Assembly (NCBI GenBank): GCA_043228905.1
Contig: JBHGNT010000005.1
Location: 12,152,001-12,216,000 of the forward strand
Direction: 5' to 3'
DNA length: 64,000 bases
Source of the DNA: Azolla caroliniana
Lineage: Eukaryota; Plantae; Polypodiophyta
Each line of letters opens with the position of its first letter. The first letter of the stretch is position 1. The notes below the pieces were generated by a model. The model was not told the origin of the DNA and did not search any database. It saw only the letters and a list, made by a program, of their open reading frames with translations. Positions 53,551-64,000 of the stretch are shown piece by piece. The position numbers and the translations under genes were made by a program.

Positions 53551-56306
53551 AGATGTACAGTTTTTTAGATGGCTTCAGTGGCTATTACCAGGTATGCATG
53601 CATCCCGAGGACCAAGAAAAGACGGCATTTGTCACGGATTGGGGAGTATATGTGGCAGTCGTCATGATGTTCGGGCTAAAGACGGCGCTGGCAACATTTC
53701 AACGGACAATTACGGAGATCTTTGGGGAATACATTCCGGCGTTCATGGAAGTTTTTTTAGATGACTTTGCGGTATATGGGAGAACAATAGACCATTTTAC
53801 GCACTTACAACTGTGCTTGGAACGTTGCCGCACTGCACGCTTAAGCCTGAATCCCGCGAAATGTGCTTTCGGCGTGACCAATGAGACTCGCCTGGGCCAT
53901 ATAGTTAGCAAGGAGGGAATAGCGGTTGATCCGAACAAGATCTCCACAATTACGCAAGCCAAAACTCCAACAAACGCCAAATCGCTCAGCCGGTTTTTAG
54001 GACAAATACGGTGGCATAGTCGGATGATACGGTATTTGGCGGACTTCGCCACGCCATTACATGTTGTCGTACATCAAACTCCTTTCCAGTGGATTGCAAC
54101 GGAGGATAAGGCCTATGAGGCACTTAAGATAATGCTCACACAGGCCCCTGTCGTACAACCACCAGTTTGGGCGAAGCCATTCCACGTGTTCGTCGACGCC
54201 TCGAACATAGCAATAGGAAGTGCACTAATGCAGCTCACCGAACCAAACTGGTACCGGCCAATATACTACGCTAGTCGCAAATTATCAACAACAGAGCGTA
54301 ACTATTCCACAACGGAGCGGGAGGCGCTAGGGATGATCTATAGCATCAATAAATTCCAGCATTATTTACTAGGAAGGAAATTCACGTTCCACATGGATCA
54401 TTCAGCACTGTTGTATTTGGTGGAGAAACAAGCCCTGACAGGGAAATTGGCGCGGTGGATGCTACTGCTCCAAGAATTTGATTTCGTAATCCAGCACTGA
54501 CCAGGGACGCAACACACAGTGGCAGATTTTTTGAGCAGACTCGAGAATGGAGAAACAATACAAAAATATGACGACGATTTTCCGGACGTCGACATCCTGC
54601 GGGTAGCAGCACTAGCAAAAAGAACAGAATCGACCTTTCCGAACCAGTGGCTTATGGAAATGACGTACTTTTTTACTACGGGACTGCCTCCACCACAATT
54701 ACGCACGGGCGAGAAGAAACGACTAGCCGTCCGAAGCCGTCACTTCTGCCTCATCAAAGGCGTTTTATATCACAAAGGAAGTGACGGCATTTGGCGATGT
54801 GGGGTACATCAGGATGAGAAGGAAGCAGTTTTACGGGAGGCACACTACGGCACGACAGGCGGCCATTACGCGGGCGATGTTACAACCCGAAAAGTATGGC
54901 AAGCGGGCTTATGGTGGCCAACAACACAAAAGGACGCAGACGGGTATTGTAGAAAGTGTGATTTGTGTCAACGGATGGGCCAGCCCGCAGAGGGCGCAAG
55001 GATGCCACACCAGCCCGTATTACCGCTAGACCCCTTCCAAAAGTGGGGATTGGATTTTGTGGGCCCCTTCACACCAGCGGCAGCCCGTACGGGCAATAAA
55101 TACATATTGGTAGCCACGGATTATTGCACCAAGTGGGTAGAAGCAAAGGCACTACGTGAAAATACGGCGGCCGTCACAGCCAGATTCCTTTACGAACACA
55201 TTTGGTGCCGGTTCGACTGTCCGATTGAGCTCATCATAGACCAGGGGAGTCACTTTCTCAATACGGTGATTCGGGAACTAACACATCATTACGTCGTAGT
55301 CCATAAGAAGAGTACACCATATTATCCGTAGGCGAATGGGTTAGCAGAATCCACCAACAAGACGTTGCAGACCATTTTGAAGAAAATCGTCAATGAAAAT
55401 AGAACGGACTGGGATACCAAATTATAGAGTGCGTTATAGGCATACAAAACCAACTACAAAACAAGCATACAGTCAACACCGTTTCGACTAGTGTTTGGGC
55501 TGGAGGCTGTGATGCTGGTCGAATTTCAGGTACCCAGTTTGCGAATTCAGGTACGGAACCGACTATCAGAAGCCAAGTTGGAGGAGGTACAGCTCCACCA
55601 ACTCCTCGAACTCGGGGAAAAACGCGTACACAGCATGGTTGTGTTGGAGCAAGAACAACGACGGCGTGAAGCGTTTGTGGATCGACATCGGAACTCAAGG
55701 GAAAAGGAGTTCGCCATGGGTTGAGCGGTGCTGGTTTTCCAAACGCGCATGAGCCATATGCCAGGGAAGTTACGATTCCGCTGGACCGGCCCATACTGGA
55801 TAATTGGAGCGGAACAAGGCACGTTCCAACTAGGTACGTTGGCCGAGGAAGTAGTACGGCAAAAGGTGAATGGGTTTTGGCTCAAACCTTACCTGGTCCC
55901 TACGCCACCTAACCCATTAACTGCCGAATAGGACAGAGTTGGAGAACCCGCAGCGTAAATGGATAGCCCCACTTGTACCATAATGTAAAAATAGGTTGTT
56001 GATAACCGTTACAAAGAAAAAAAAAAGGAGAAGATAGCAACTATTAAAACGACTAAAGGCATGCACAAACTCCTAGTTCAAGAACACGCGGCACCACGAT
56101 GGCTCACCGCCCAATGAACCCTAAGCCACAAAAGGAAGGAAATAGAAGATTTTCTGCACAAAACAGAAACCCATCATCTAGCTATCAGCACTCCCATCGC
56201 TCCTCCCCCTCACCTTCCCCTCCATCCTATCACAGAGCTTCAACCCACTGCAACCACCGGCCTCCTTCCCACGAACCTCCTCTGGCGATGACGATCTTCA
56301 TCTCTA

Positions 56307-59033
56307 TTGCCTTACGCCGATGGCTCGTGGAGAAACGCCTGGATGGGTACATCCGGCGCAGAAGCACCCCCACACCCGGATGCCATGGACATCGCTAGGA
56401 AGCTTAACATCGACATGGTCACCAACTCCTCAATCTGGAAGAAGTTGGACCTGTCATCGCTAGGCGAAAGGCATTTCGAAATCCCTCCTACAGAGGCGCT
56501 GCAACGATATTTCGGGCCATATTCCTCCTCCGCCAAGGCCTATAGAACGAAGCAGATATCGGATCCCTTCTTCCGTGAAGTTGCCAAGTTCCTGCTAGAA
56601 GTCGGCTGCGTACATGTCAATGCATATGGGATGCCCAAGCAGAAGGCGGGCATCATTATCGATACCTTTGAAGGGCATGCGGTTGATTGGGGGGTCATCA
56701 TAGGGCCGGCGTTAAGGGAAGGCTTGCATGCGTATCATGCAAGCAAAAAGCTCAGGCTGATCATACAACAGTACCTTACAGTACTATTCCCACCCCGAGG
56801 CTTGCCAGCACCGCAACCCAGCCGACCCACGCCCCCACCCCGATCCGCGAAACGTAGGTTAGCTGAGTTAGCGGCCCCATAGTGGGAAGAGGAACCCCAA
56901 CCCGCCCAGCCAGACCCGAGGACAACACCTACCGACTAGACGGACACACGGACAACGCAGGAGGAACAACCGGCACGTTCCATGGAAGCAGCCCCAGAGC
57001 CAAACACCGAAACATGGCAGGATAGCCCTAGACCGAAACGGCGTAGATTGGACAGGAAAGATGGGCGGGGGTTGGTCAAAGACGTCCCCACGGCTACAGA
57101 GACACCGACCGAAGTCGATGGCTCCACAACTACGGAACCCAATACGACCTTCAAAATCATCCGGGAGCCACAACCGATCATTACGACCCAGTCCCAACGA
57201 GGGAAAGTCGTATTGATGGCGGAAAGCGAGGTTTTGGCATATCCGGATATCCCGAATATGGCCCATGAGTTCAGCGCCCTCTTACAGTTCGGAACTTCTT
57301 TTGAGCTCATGGAATTCCTGGCAACATAACAGGTAAAAGCCTCCCAACGAATGGTCGAAGAGCACGCGGAACGCCAGATGATCGAGAGCGCCCTAACACA
57401 AACGGCGGAGAGCGATGATGAGGACCGGTTAGCTAGGGTCGGCAGACAGAGGAATGTCGGGGTACGCCGAGTGGGGATGCAGATACCCCCATTAAACACG
57501 GCCCTAGTCGAAGTCCACAGGGAACTGGCAAAGGTCAACACGGGCGCCAAGGAGATGGCCATTAAAAATAAGAATGTCTGGAAGAAGGTGAAACTGACCC
57601 AAGCCGAACTGCAAAAAGCCAACGAACGCATCGCGGAGTTGGAAGCTAACGCGACTACGACGCAACATGCAACTCCTCCACCAAACCATGCCATCGACGC
57701 TTTAAAGGAAGAAATTGAGGCTCAGACCGCCATCGCCTCAAAAGCGAAAAGGGTTGTGCAACTAGAGGAATCAGAAATTGACCGCCTTCGAGCTGAACTA
57801 TGCCAATCCTCAGACAGAGAAAAGGAGATATGGGCTAACGGCCGGAAGGTAGTAAAAACCCTTGAAGAGAAACTCACTACGGAGGTAGCTCAGCACATCC
57901 GGACAAAAGACGAAAATGCCCAATTACGGGAGGACGCGAAGAAATCAGAGGCGACAATCGCGGAACTCCGGGCCTTATTAGAGAAAAAGAAGGTATGGTT
58001 CGACGAGCAACTGGTGATCGAACAAGAAAGAAGGCATCAGCTCGAAATCCGCCTAAACAATGAAATGGGGAAATTAAAAGAACAACATGCAAAGGAATCC
58101 CAGCTGTGGGCGGGCCTAAAGGCCACGTACGAAGAAGCAGCGGCGGTTAAACAACAAGAAATTGCAAACCTCCAGAAGTCGATGGAGGGCACACGCAACC
58201 GTTGCTAGGCCATCCTTCTCCAAACAAATCGGGAGAGGTTCACAACGCAATTGAAAATGGCGCTAGACAAAGGATGGATGGCGTGGGCAACCCAAGCAGC
58301 GGAATTGCACGTGTATCGTGCAGACTGGGAGAACCGGTGAAAAGACGGTCGAGGTTTCTATAAACTAAATGAGGAGAGCATTGCGGCTGTACGAGAGGAC
58401 CTATCGCAAGACTATCGTGCGCTAGTGGACCAACACTCCGAAGAACTCGCGCAGCTCTTAGATGATTTTGGTGAAAGCTAGGAGGAGCTATTTCACCAGA
58501 TCACACAAGCCGGCAACACTCGAACAAACGAGGAATCCAGCGCGACGCCAATTCCGGGCACGACCGAAGAAGAGAAACCTCAGGCCCGATCACCAGAAAT
58601 TACAATGATGGTGAACAACGCGGACCGACGAGCGGAGTCCCCCACAGTACTAGACAGCGAAACCACTGCTCAAGAGGAGGTTCATCCGAACGAACCCACG
58701 CTATCATCGGACCACACGAAGAACGGTGCGGGCCAGGCGGAATACCCGCCCCACTCCCCGGAATGTACAAAGACGGCTGGCACCACGGAGGAAGTAACGA
58801 TTGAGACAAAGTCGCGGCCGACTGCAAGCACGACGACGGCGGAGCCCAACCCACTAGCTCAAGAAGAGCCCATGGTACCCGGACCGCCCACACACGACAA
58901 CTGCGACACTAGGAGAAACCAGTCCAACCAAACAGGGGAGCCACACCATGATGCACCTACGGGCCCTACGTCACCTCCGGACGCGGACACCGCAACAGAG
59001 CCAAACATCCGGGCCATTTTGGAAGAGGATTAA
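56307..59033 (+). pseudogene. D extra 3' ORF (~900 codons): conserved N-domain, basic motif, predicted coiled coil, low-complexity tail
   Basis: Fragments at 56307, 56982, 57351 and 58605 share one frame and are separated by point stops; a homologue is present in H. Confidence 0.75.
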
Positions 59034-59518
59034 CGGTATGGGTCTGACATGCCAGGGCACTGTCCCACAGGCGTGCCAGGTGTTGTCTGCCGAAATAGTA
59101 ACCGACGGACAAGAGCGTAGGAATAAGAAATAATATAAGATCATAACGCATGTAACGGTTTACACAAGAAGCGTGAACAGCTAGATAGACCCTACGTATA
59201 TAAAGGGCAGAAAACCTCGGATAGAGGGAGCGTGTAATTTTGTTAATGTAAAGAAACGTATCATAATAGAATTCCATCTTCTCTGAAAGTCTGTGTATAG
59301 CTACGGCTAATCCATTGTGTGTCTGGAATACCTGAGTGTGTAAGAACGTAAGTGTAACCCTTGCTAAGGAGTCGATTGTAGCCGTCTCCCTTATACGCTG
59401 ATTGGTTACAGGGAACATTCCCCTGCGCATTACGCATAGATGCCTATTCGTTGTTCCACAACCACTTGGAGGTCTAGGTTGAAGGACTGACCGCGGACCG
59501 TGTTCCTAATCGGCAACA

Positions 59519-62500
59519 ACATCTAGTTCTCCACGGTTGACGGGTAAGTCGGGTGCAGCTCGTCCCGATGTCGAACTATGGAATGCATCTTACAGCTTTC
59601 GCAAGTCGTTACGAACCGATGCACATCCCGATACAATCCCGGCCACCAGTACTTCTCCTTCAGCTTCTTGAACGTGGCCCATGTCCCCCGATGTCCGGCC
59701 CAAGGACTCTCGTGGTATGTCATTAGCAATGCTTCCTGCTCGTCCTTCCTCGCCACTACCCAGAGTGGGACGCCATCTCGCTTGTTCGGGTGCTTCCATA
59801 TGCTTCCGTCCCGTAGGAAGAATCGGTACGCTTTCTTCCGGATCCGGCTAGCCTCTTCCTTTGTCCACGGCGTGTCCGGCATCATCGTTTTTAGGAACCC
59901 ACCAATCTATAGCCACTCCCCATCGTACTTTCTCTCGTCGAACTCATTAAGCGTCGGAGTGCTCCCCTTTCTCATCGTCACATAAGCCGTCTCGAAGAAG
60001 TCCACGCTGACTTCCTCATCCTCTGAAACCATGCCGCCCTCGTCATCCAACCTCGCTCTCGAAAGCATGTCGTCCATGGTGTTGTCCTTCCCGGAGATGT
60101 GTCGTATCTCCGGATTCAAGGACTTAATGTACGTTATCCACCTGAGCATTGCCAGGTCCGGTGTCGCGCATCCGGAAACCATACCGAGAATCGGTAGGCA
60201 GTCCATCTCTATTATTACCTCTGTCCTTATCAGGTAGTCTTTGTCGGCCTTGACCGCCGAAACGATACCCCAGAGTTCGTGTTTAACCTGGGCGTATCCT
60301 CGCTTCGCTCGCTAAGTACTTTCGCACCGAACCGGATGGGGAACCTCGTGTCATTCTCATCCTCTTGGTTGATCACCCATCCGATTCCAGTCGGACACGT
60401 GTCTACGATTACATAAATTGGAACATGTTTACCGTACACCACTTTCCGGAGTGTCGGTGCCGCGGCAAGCGCTTCTTTCATTTTCCAGACCGACTCCGCA
60501 TGCTCCCTGCCCCACTCGAATTTGCGCCCTTTCTTCAACAACCCGTAGAGCGGCTCCGCTATATGGGCGTAATACGGGATCCAAATGTGGTAGAATGCGC
60601 AAGCTCCCAAGAACCTCCGGACTTCTGTAACCGACCTGTAGTCTTCCTTCATCATGAAGATAGCTTCCACCTTAGCCAGAGACGGTTTTCGGCCATAAGG
60701 CCTGCACAGGTGTCCAATGACCATGATTTCCGACTGTTCGAAAGCCGATTTCTCCCCAGAGAAGGTGAGTTGCGCGCCTTGCAACTTCTGTAGCACCTTC
60801 TCGTAGTCCCCGATGTGGTCTGAGACGAATTTCCGACACCCGTCCGGTCCGACCGTTTCATCGGGGATGTGTGGGATGGAATCCCTTAACACCTTATTCA
60901 TCGCATTCACCATGTGCGCTACCGAGTTTGTCCCCCCTTGCAGAAGGGTACACATCCGCACTAGGCCGAGAGGAGGCCGCATTGTCGTAATATCCCTACT
61001 CTCCACAACTAGTTGGAATTGGTCGTACCCCGAGTACAGATCCCCAACCGAATAAATCGACCTTCCAGCAATGGCCTCCGTAAACTCGTCAATGGTCGGT
61101 CTGATTCTTGCGTTCCGAATGGTCAACTTGTTGACCGGTTGCAGTTCCTGAATAAAGCGCAACGTGTCGTTCTTCTTTGGCACAGTAAACCATCGATTCG
61201 AGTATGGGGCACTTGACGGTTCGAGGATGCCCATCTCCACCTTCTGCTTCAGCAGTTCCATTAGTTTTGGGATGTGAGCTCTGGGTACTGGAATCGGTTT
61301 GAGATTCCACGGCACATGTGGTATCGTGAAGATAACCATCGGCTCAACCACCGTCAGGTCTGCGCACTCAATCTCTTCCAGCGAGAATGCAAAGGCCTTC
61401 CCGTGCCTCCCGAGCATTCTCCGAAACCGTTCCTCCGCCGGCAGTAGAAAGCCACCCCCACCAACCTTGAGCTCCCGTAGCGTTATGTTGGTGAACCAGT
61501 GTCCTATGCCAGCCGGATCCCGTAGACCTGGGTCCGACGCGACCCATTTCATCCGCAACTCGCTACCCTCCGGCAAGGGTGCTGCGACTGGCCTCACCTT
61601 CCAGTCCACAGTCTTGTACCTTGTATCCACACGGGTCATCCGATCCGACTCGACCCCTTTCCCGAAGTCGGCGATGACTTCATACATCCGTTCCGAACTA
61701 ACCAGAATCGTCTGGTCTTTACTGAGGCCTTCTTCGAGCACGTTCCTTAGATCTCCCAAGGTGTCGTCGAAAGAGACCGCCTCCACGGCACTGCCTATCA
61801 CTTCGTCGGGGCCTAGGACTCCGCACACCCTGAGACATTCCTCCAACCGCTTCTTCTCCCGGCCACTAATGCCAGTTATTGTACAGCCTCCGTTGTTGGA
61901 GAACCAAAATTTCCTATCTATAGTACAAGGTTTCCTTCCTATGGTACACTTGTGGGGTTTTTTTGGGATGTCCGGACTATCGCAGCCCCATGCCTTGATA
62001 GCCCTCTCTAAAAATCTCCCCGGCTTTCGTCGCCGAGGGTCTCATGGTTGCGCTCGTGGTTCGGTCACACCGTCAGAAATTGGACGGAGTGTCACCCATC
62101 TTGGCTCTTCAGGCGAGCATACGCCGAACCGTTATCGAACACCGTCGTCTCCATGCGTGCTGCCGTAATGTACGGTTCTTTGAGTATCACCGGGTGTGAG
62201 GATGTCTCCTGCACGAAGAAGTGATGGTCAATCTCGACATCACCGATTTTCACCCGTACATTTGGGCAGGCCCCATGTAACTCCTCCGTGGCGCACATCG
62301 CCGCTCGTATCTTTCACCCATGCTTGGTGTTGATCGGCCACTTGCCCTTCTTGCAGAAATCCATAGACATCAGGTTGATCTCCGAACCGTGGTCTACCAA
62401 CGCCACCATCGACTCCTGGATGTCTCTGATCCGAACCGGGGTCTCCGTAGTGGCTCTTGCCCAGTGCAGCTTTGAATAGTGGCTTTCCGCCAACTCGTCT

Positions 62501-64000
62501 TCCAGGGCCATGTCTTCTAGGTGCGTTGTTCGCAGCTCCACCGGCTTCTCCAACTCCGGCTCCGTCGAAAGCCTTTTTCGCTTCACCAAGTCCACGATGG
62601 AGTCATGGAATTCTTTCTTGGCGATCCCAAGCACTTCCCTCAGCGACAACTCCACCTTGCTGTCGAGGATTTGTTCCTCAAGGACCTTCCGTAGGTCCGT
62701 CGTTCTTTCTATCTCGGTGCTCAACTCGTAACCGGCTTTCTTTGTTTTATCCGGTGCGCCGGAAGTACCGGCGTCATTCTGCTTCAGCCCGAACTGGGTC
62801 TCCTACTGCTACGAGGGTCCGGCCCCTCCAGCCTTCCCCACATGCTTGTCTTCTACCAGAACCTCATAGTTCTGGCACGCGGCTTCCACGAAGCCAATCT
62901 TTTCCTCAACCGGATCGCTCCACCCGGTGACCTCCCGGACTCGTCTTTCCGTGCGGTCCGCTTCCTCCTTCCTCAACCGCATGCCGGCGAGGCCTTCTAG
63001 TACCAATGGCCAGAACCCGGAGTCCTTCGTCTTCCGGCCTTCATCACTCCCAACCCGGATTCCTACCAACGTCGTGTAGTGGATGGTCTCTGCATGGCGC
63101 GCCGCCGCTTCTTCCATCAGCCTTTTCATTCCTCCGCGTCTGATGTTTAACTCTACAGCTCTACGGATCTCGCTAGCATACACCAGCCCATTCCACAGGT
63201 ACACCATGTTAGCCCTAAGCACTTCCGCAAAGTCCCCGCAATCCTTCCGGATGTGACCGACCGCGTCACACCACAAGCACCGATGCCCAGCCAGAGGCCT
63301 TCGGTCACGAGGCTGCTCTCCGCCGTCCCTCCTTGCCTATGCAATCTGAAGGTCTCGTACCATCTGCGTTAGCTCTTCCAGAACCGCTCCTCCGGACGGG
63401 CCATTGACCACGTTGGTCGATGTCGAGCATGTCTCGAGCCAATCCCAGGTTTCCTCCCTTCGCACCGGCGGGGGTCCCTTGAGCTTTCTTGCCGCATCCG
63501 CTCCTACCCCTGATGAGCCCTTGTCGACCCACTCACACCGTTTGTTAAAACAGCCGGTCACGAGGCTGCTCTCTGCCATCCCTCCTTGCCTGTGCAATCT
63601 GAATGTCTCGTACCATCTGCGTTAGCTCTTCTAGAACCGCTCCTCCGGACGGGCCATTGACCACGTTGGTCGATGTCGAGCATGTCTCGAGCCAATCTCG
63701 GGTTTCCTCCCTTCGCACCAACGGGGGGTCCCTCGAGCTTTCTTGCCGCAACCGCTCCTGCCCCCGATGAGCCCTTGTCGACCCACTCACACCGTTTGTT
63801 AAAACAGCCGCAGACTCTCTTTACCACGGCCCAATCGGCCGTCATCCGTCTCCAGTAGGAGACCCACCTGATCTCGATCCCGCGCATCCACGGATTTGAC
63901 AAACAACAAGATGCGGCTCGTCTCCAGCACTGCTCTGTCCAGTGCCAAGAGCTGCGCAAAGCGTTCTTCAAACTCCCGGAGAAGCGTCGATCAATTCATC
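59519..64000 (-). pseudogene. B3 gag-PR and pol remnants
   Basis: ORFs 60230-61846, 62314-62724 and 62809-63276 are homologous to B1/B2. Confidence 0.9.
63302..63809. repeat. ~253-bp tandem duplication in B3 gag
   Basis: cggtcacgaggctgctctc...ttaaaacagcc occurs at 63302-63554 and 63555-63809. Confidence 0.9.

Larger units (their letters stand above)
45248..55931 (+). pseudogene. D gag-pol in a single frame, split by E2, with point stops
   Basis: All ORF fragments lie in one frame. PR VINGGSSVN; RT FLDGFSGY and FLDD; RH VDASNIAIG; INT WGLDFVGP and DQGSHF, plus a GPY motif. No additional archaeal-type RNase H or chromodomain was recognised. Start approximate. Confidence 0.9.
44757..59518 (+). 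mobile_element. Ty3/Gypsy element D (non-chromovirus, Athila-like), full length, containing Copia E2
   Basis: 438-bp LTRs at 44757-45194 and 59081-59518 (TGTTG...CAACA); TSD gcatt/acatc (likely ancestral gcatc); PBS-like TGGCACGCTTGGTG at 45198; TATATAAA at ~44873. Confidence 0.92.
26458..64000 (-). mobile_element. Gypsy B3 (diverged B family), host of B2, C and D; 5' end outside the window
   Basis: 3' LTR at 26458-27113 followed by a PPT complement. Integrase pieces at 27114-27443, 39829-40231, 44674-44756 and from 59519 join across the insertions. pol runs to ~62010 and gag-PR from 62008 to 64000. Confidence 0.88.

Noticed and set aside
57351-58500. Coiled-coil ORF as a captured host gene or envelope protein
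   Set aside because: It lies between D's LTRs in frame with the conserved extra-ORF domain; no introns, signal peptide or transmembrane segment are evident.
59062-59078. A real tRNA gene
   Set aside because: Only ~17 nt resemble a tRNA 3' end and there is no cloverleaf; reported instead as an inverted PBS.

Overview
No host gene, RNA gene or CRISPR array was found. The window is a stack of nested plant LTR retrotransposons. The element types suggest a non-seed plant such as a fern, lycophyte or bryophyte (inference). The nesting order was reconstructed from LTR pairs, primer-binding sites (PBS), polypurine tracts (PPT) and target-site duplications (TSD). An Athila-like Gypsy host H (1-282 and 12988-~14855) carries Copia A1 (283-12987), whose 3' LTR holds Gypsy B1 (372-7363). 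H is then interrupted by Copia A3 (from ~14856). A3 holds a solo LTR (14962-15669), a deleted Copia complex F/A2/G (16001-26033, with a second solo LTR at 17486-18203) and Gypsy B3 (26458 to beyond the window end). B3 holds Gypsy B2 (27444-39828, containing Copia E1 30157-35595), Copia C (40232-44673) and Athila-like Gypsy D (44757-59518, containing Copia E2 48204-53550). Four observations stand out. (1) Element D has no PPT; a tRNA-Arg-like 3' end ending in CCA lies 2 nt before its 3' LTR, i.e. an inverted second PBS. (2) Family B has a putative -1 frameshift signal (GGAUUUU-UAG plus a covarying pseudoknot) after the protease. (3) Family B also has a tRNA-Trp PBS, 4-bp TSDs and a DHG protease motif. 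(4) H and D share a conserved, apparently non-env extra ORF downstream of pol. Element names are my own labels; all comparisons were made by eye.
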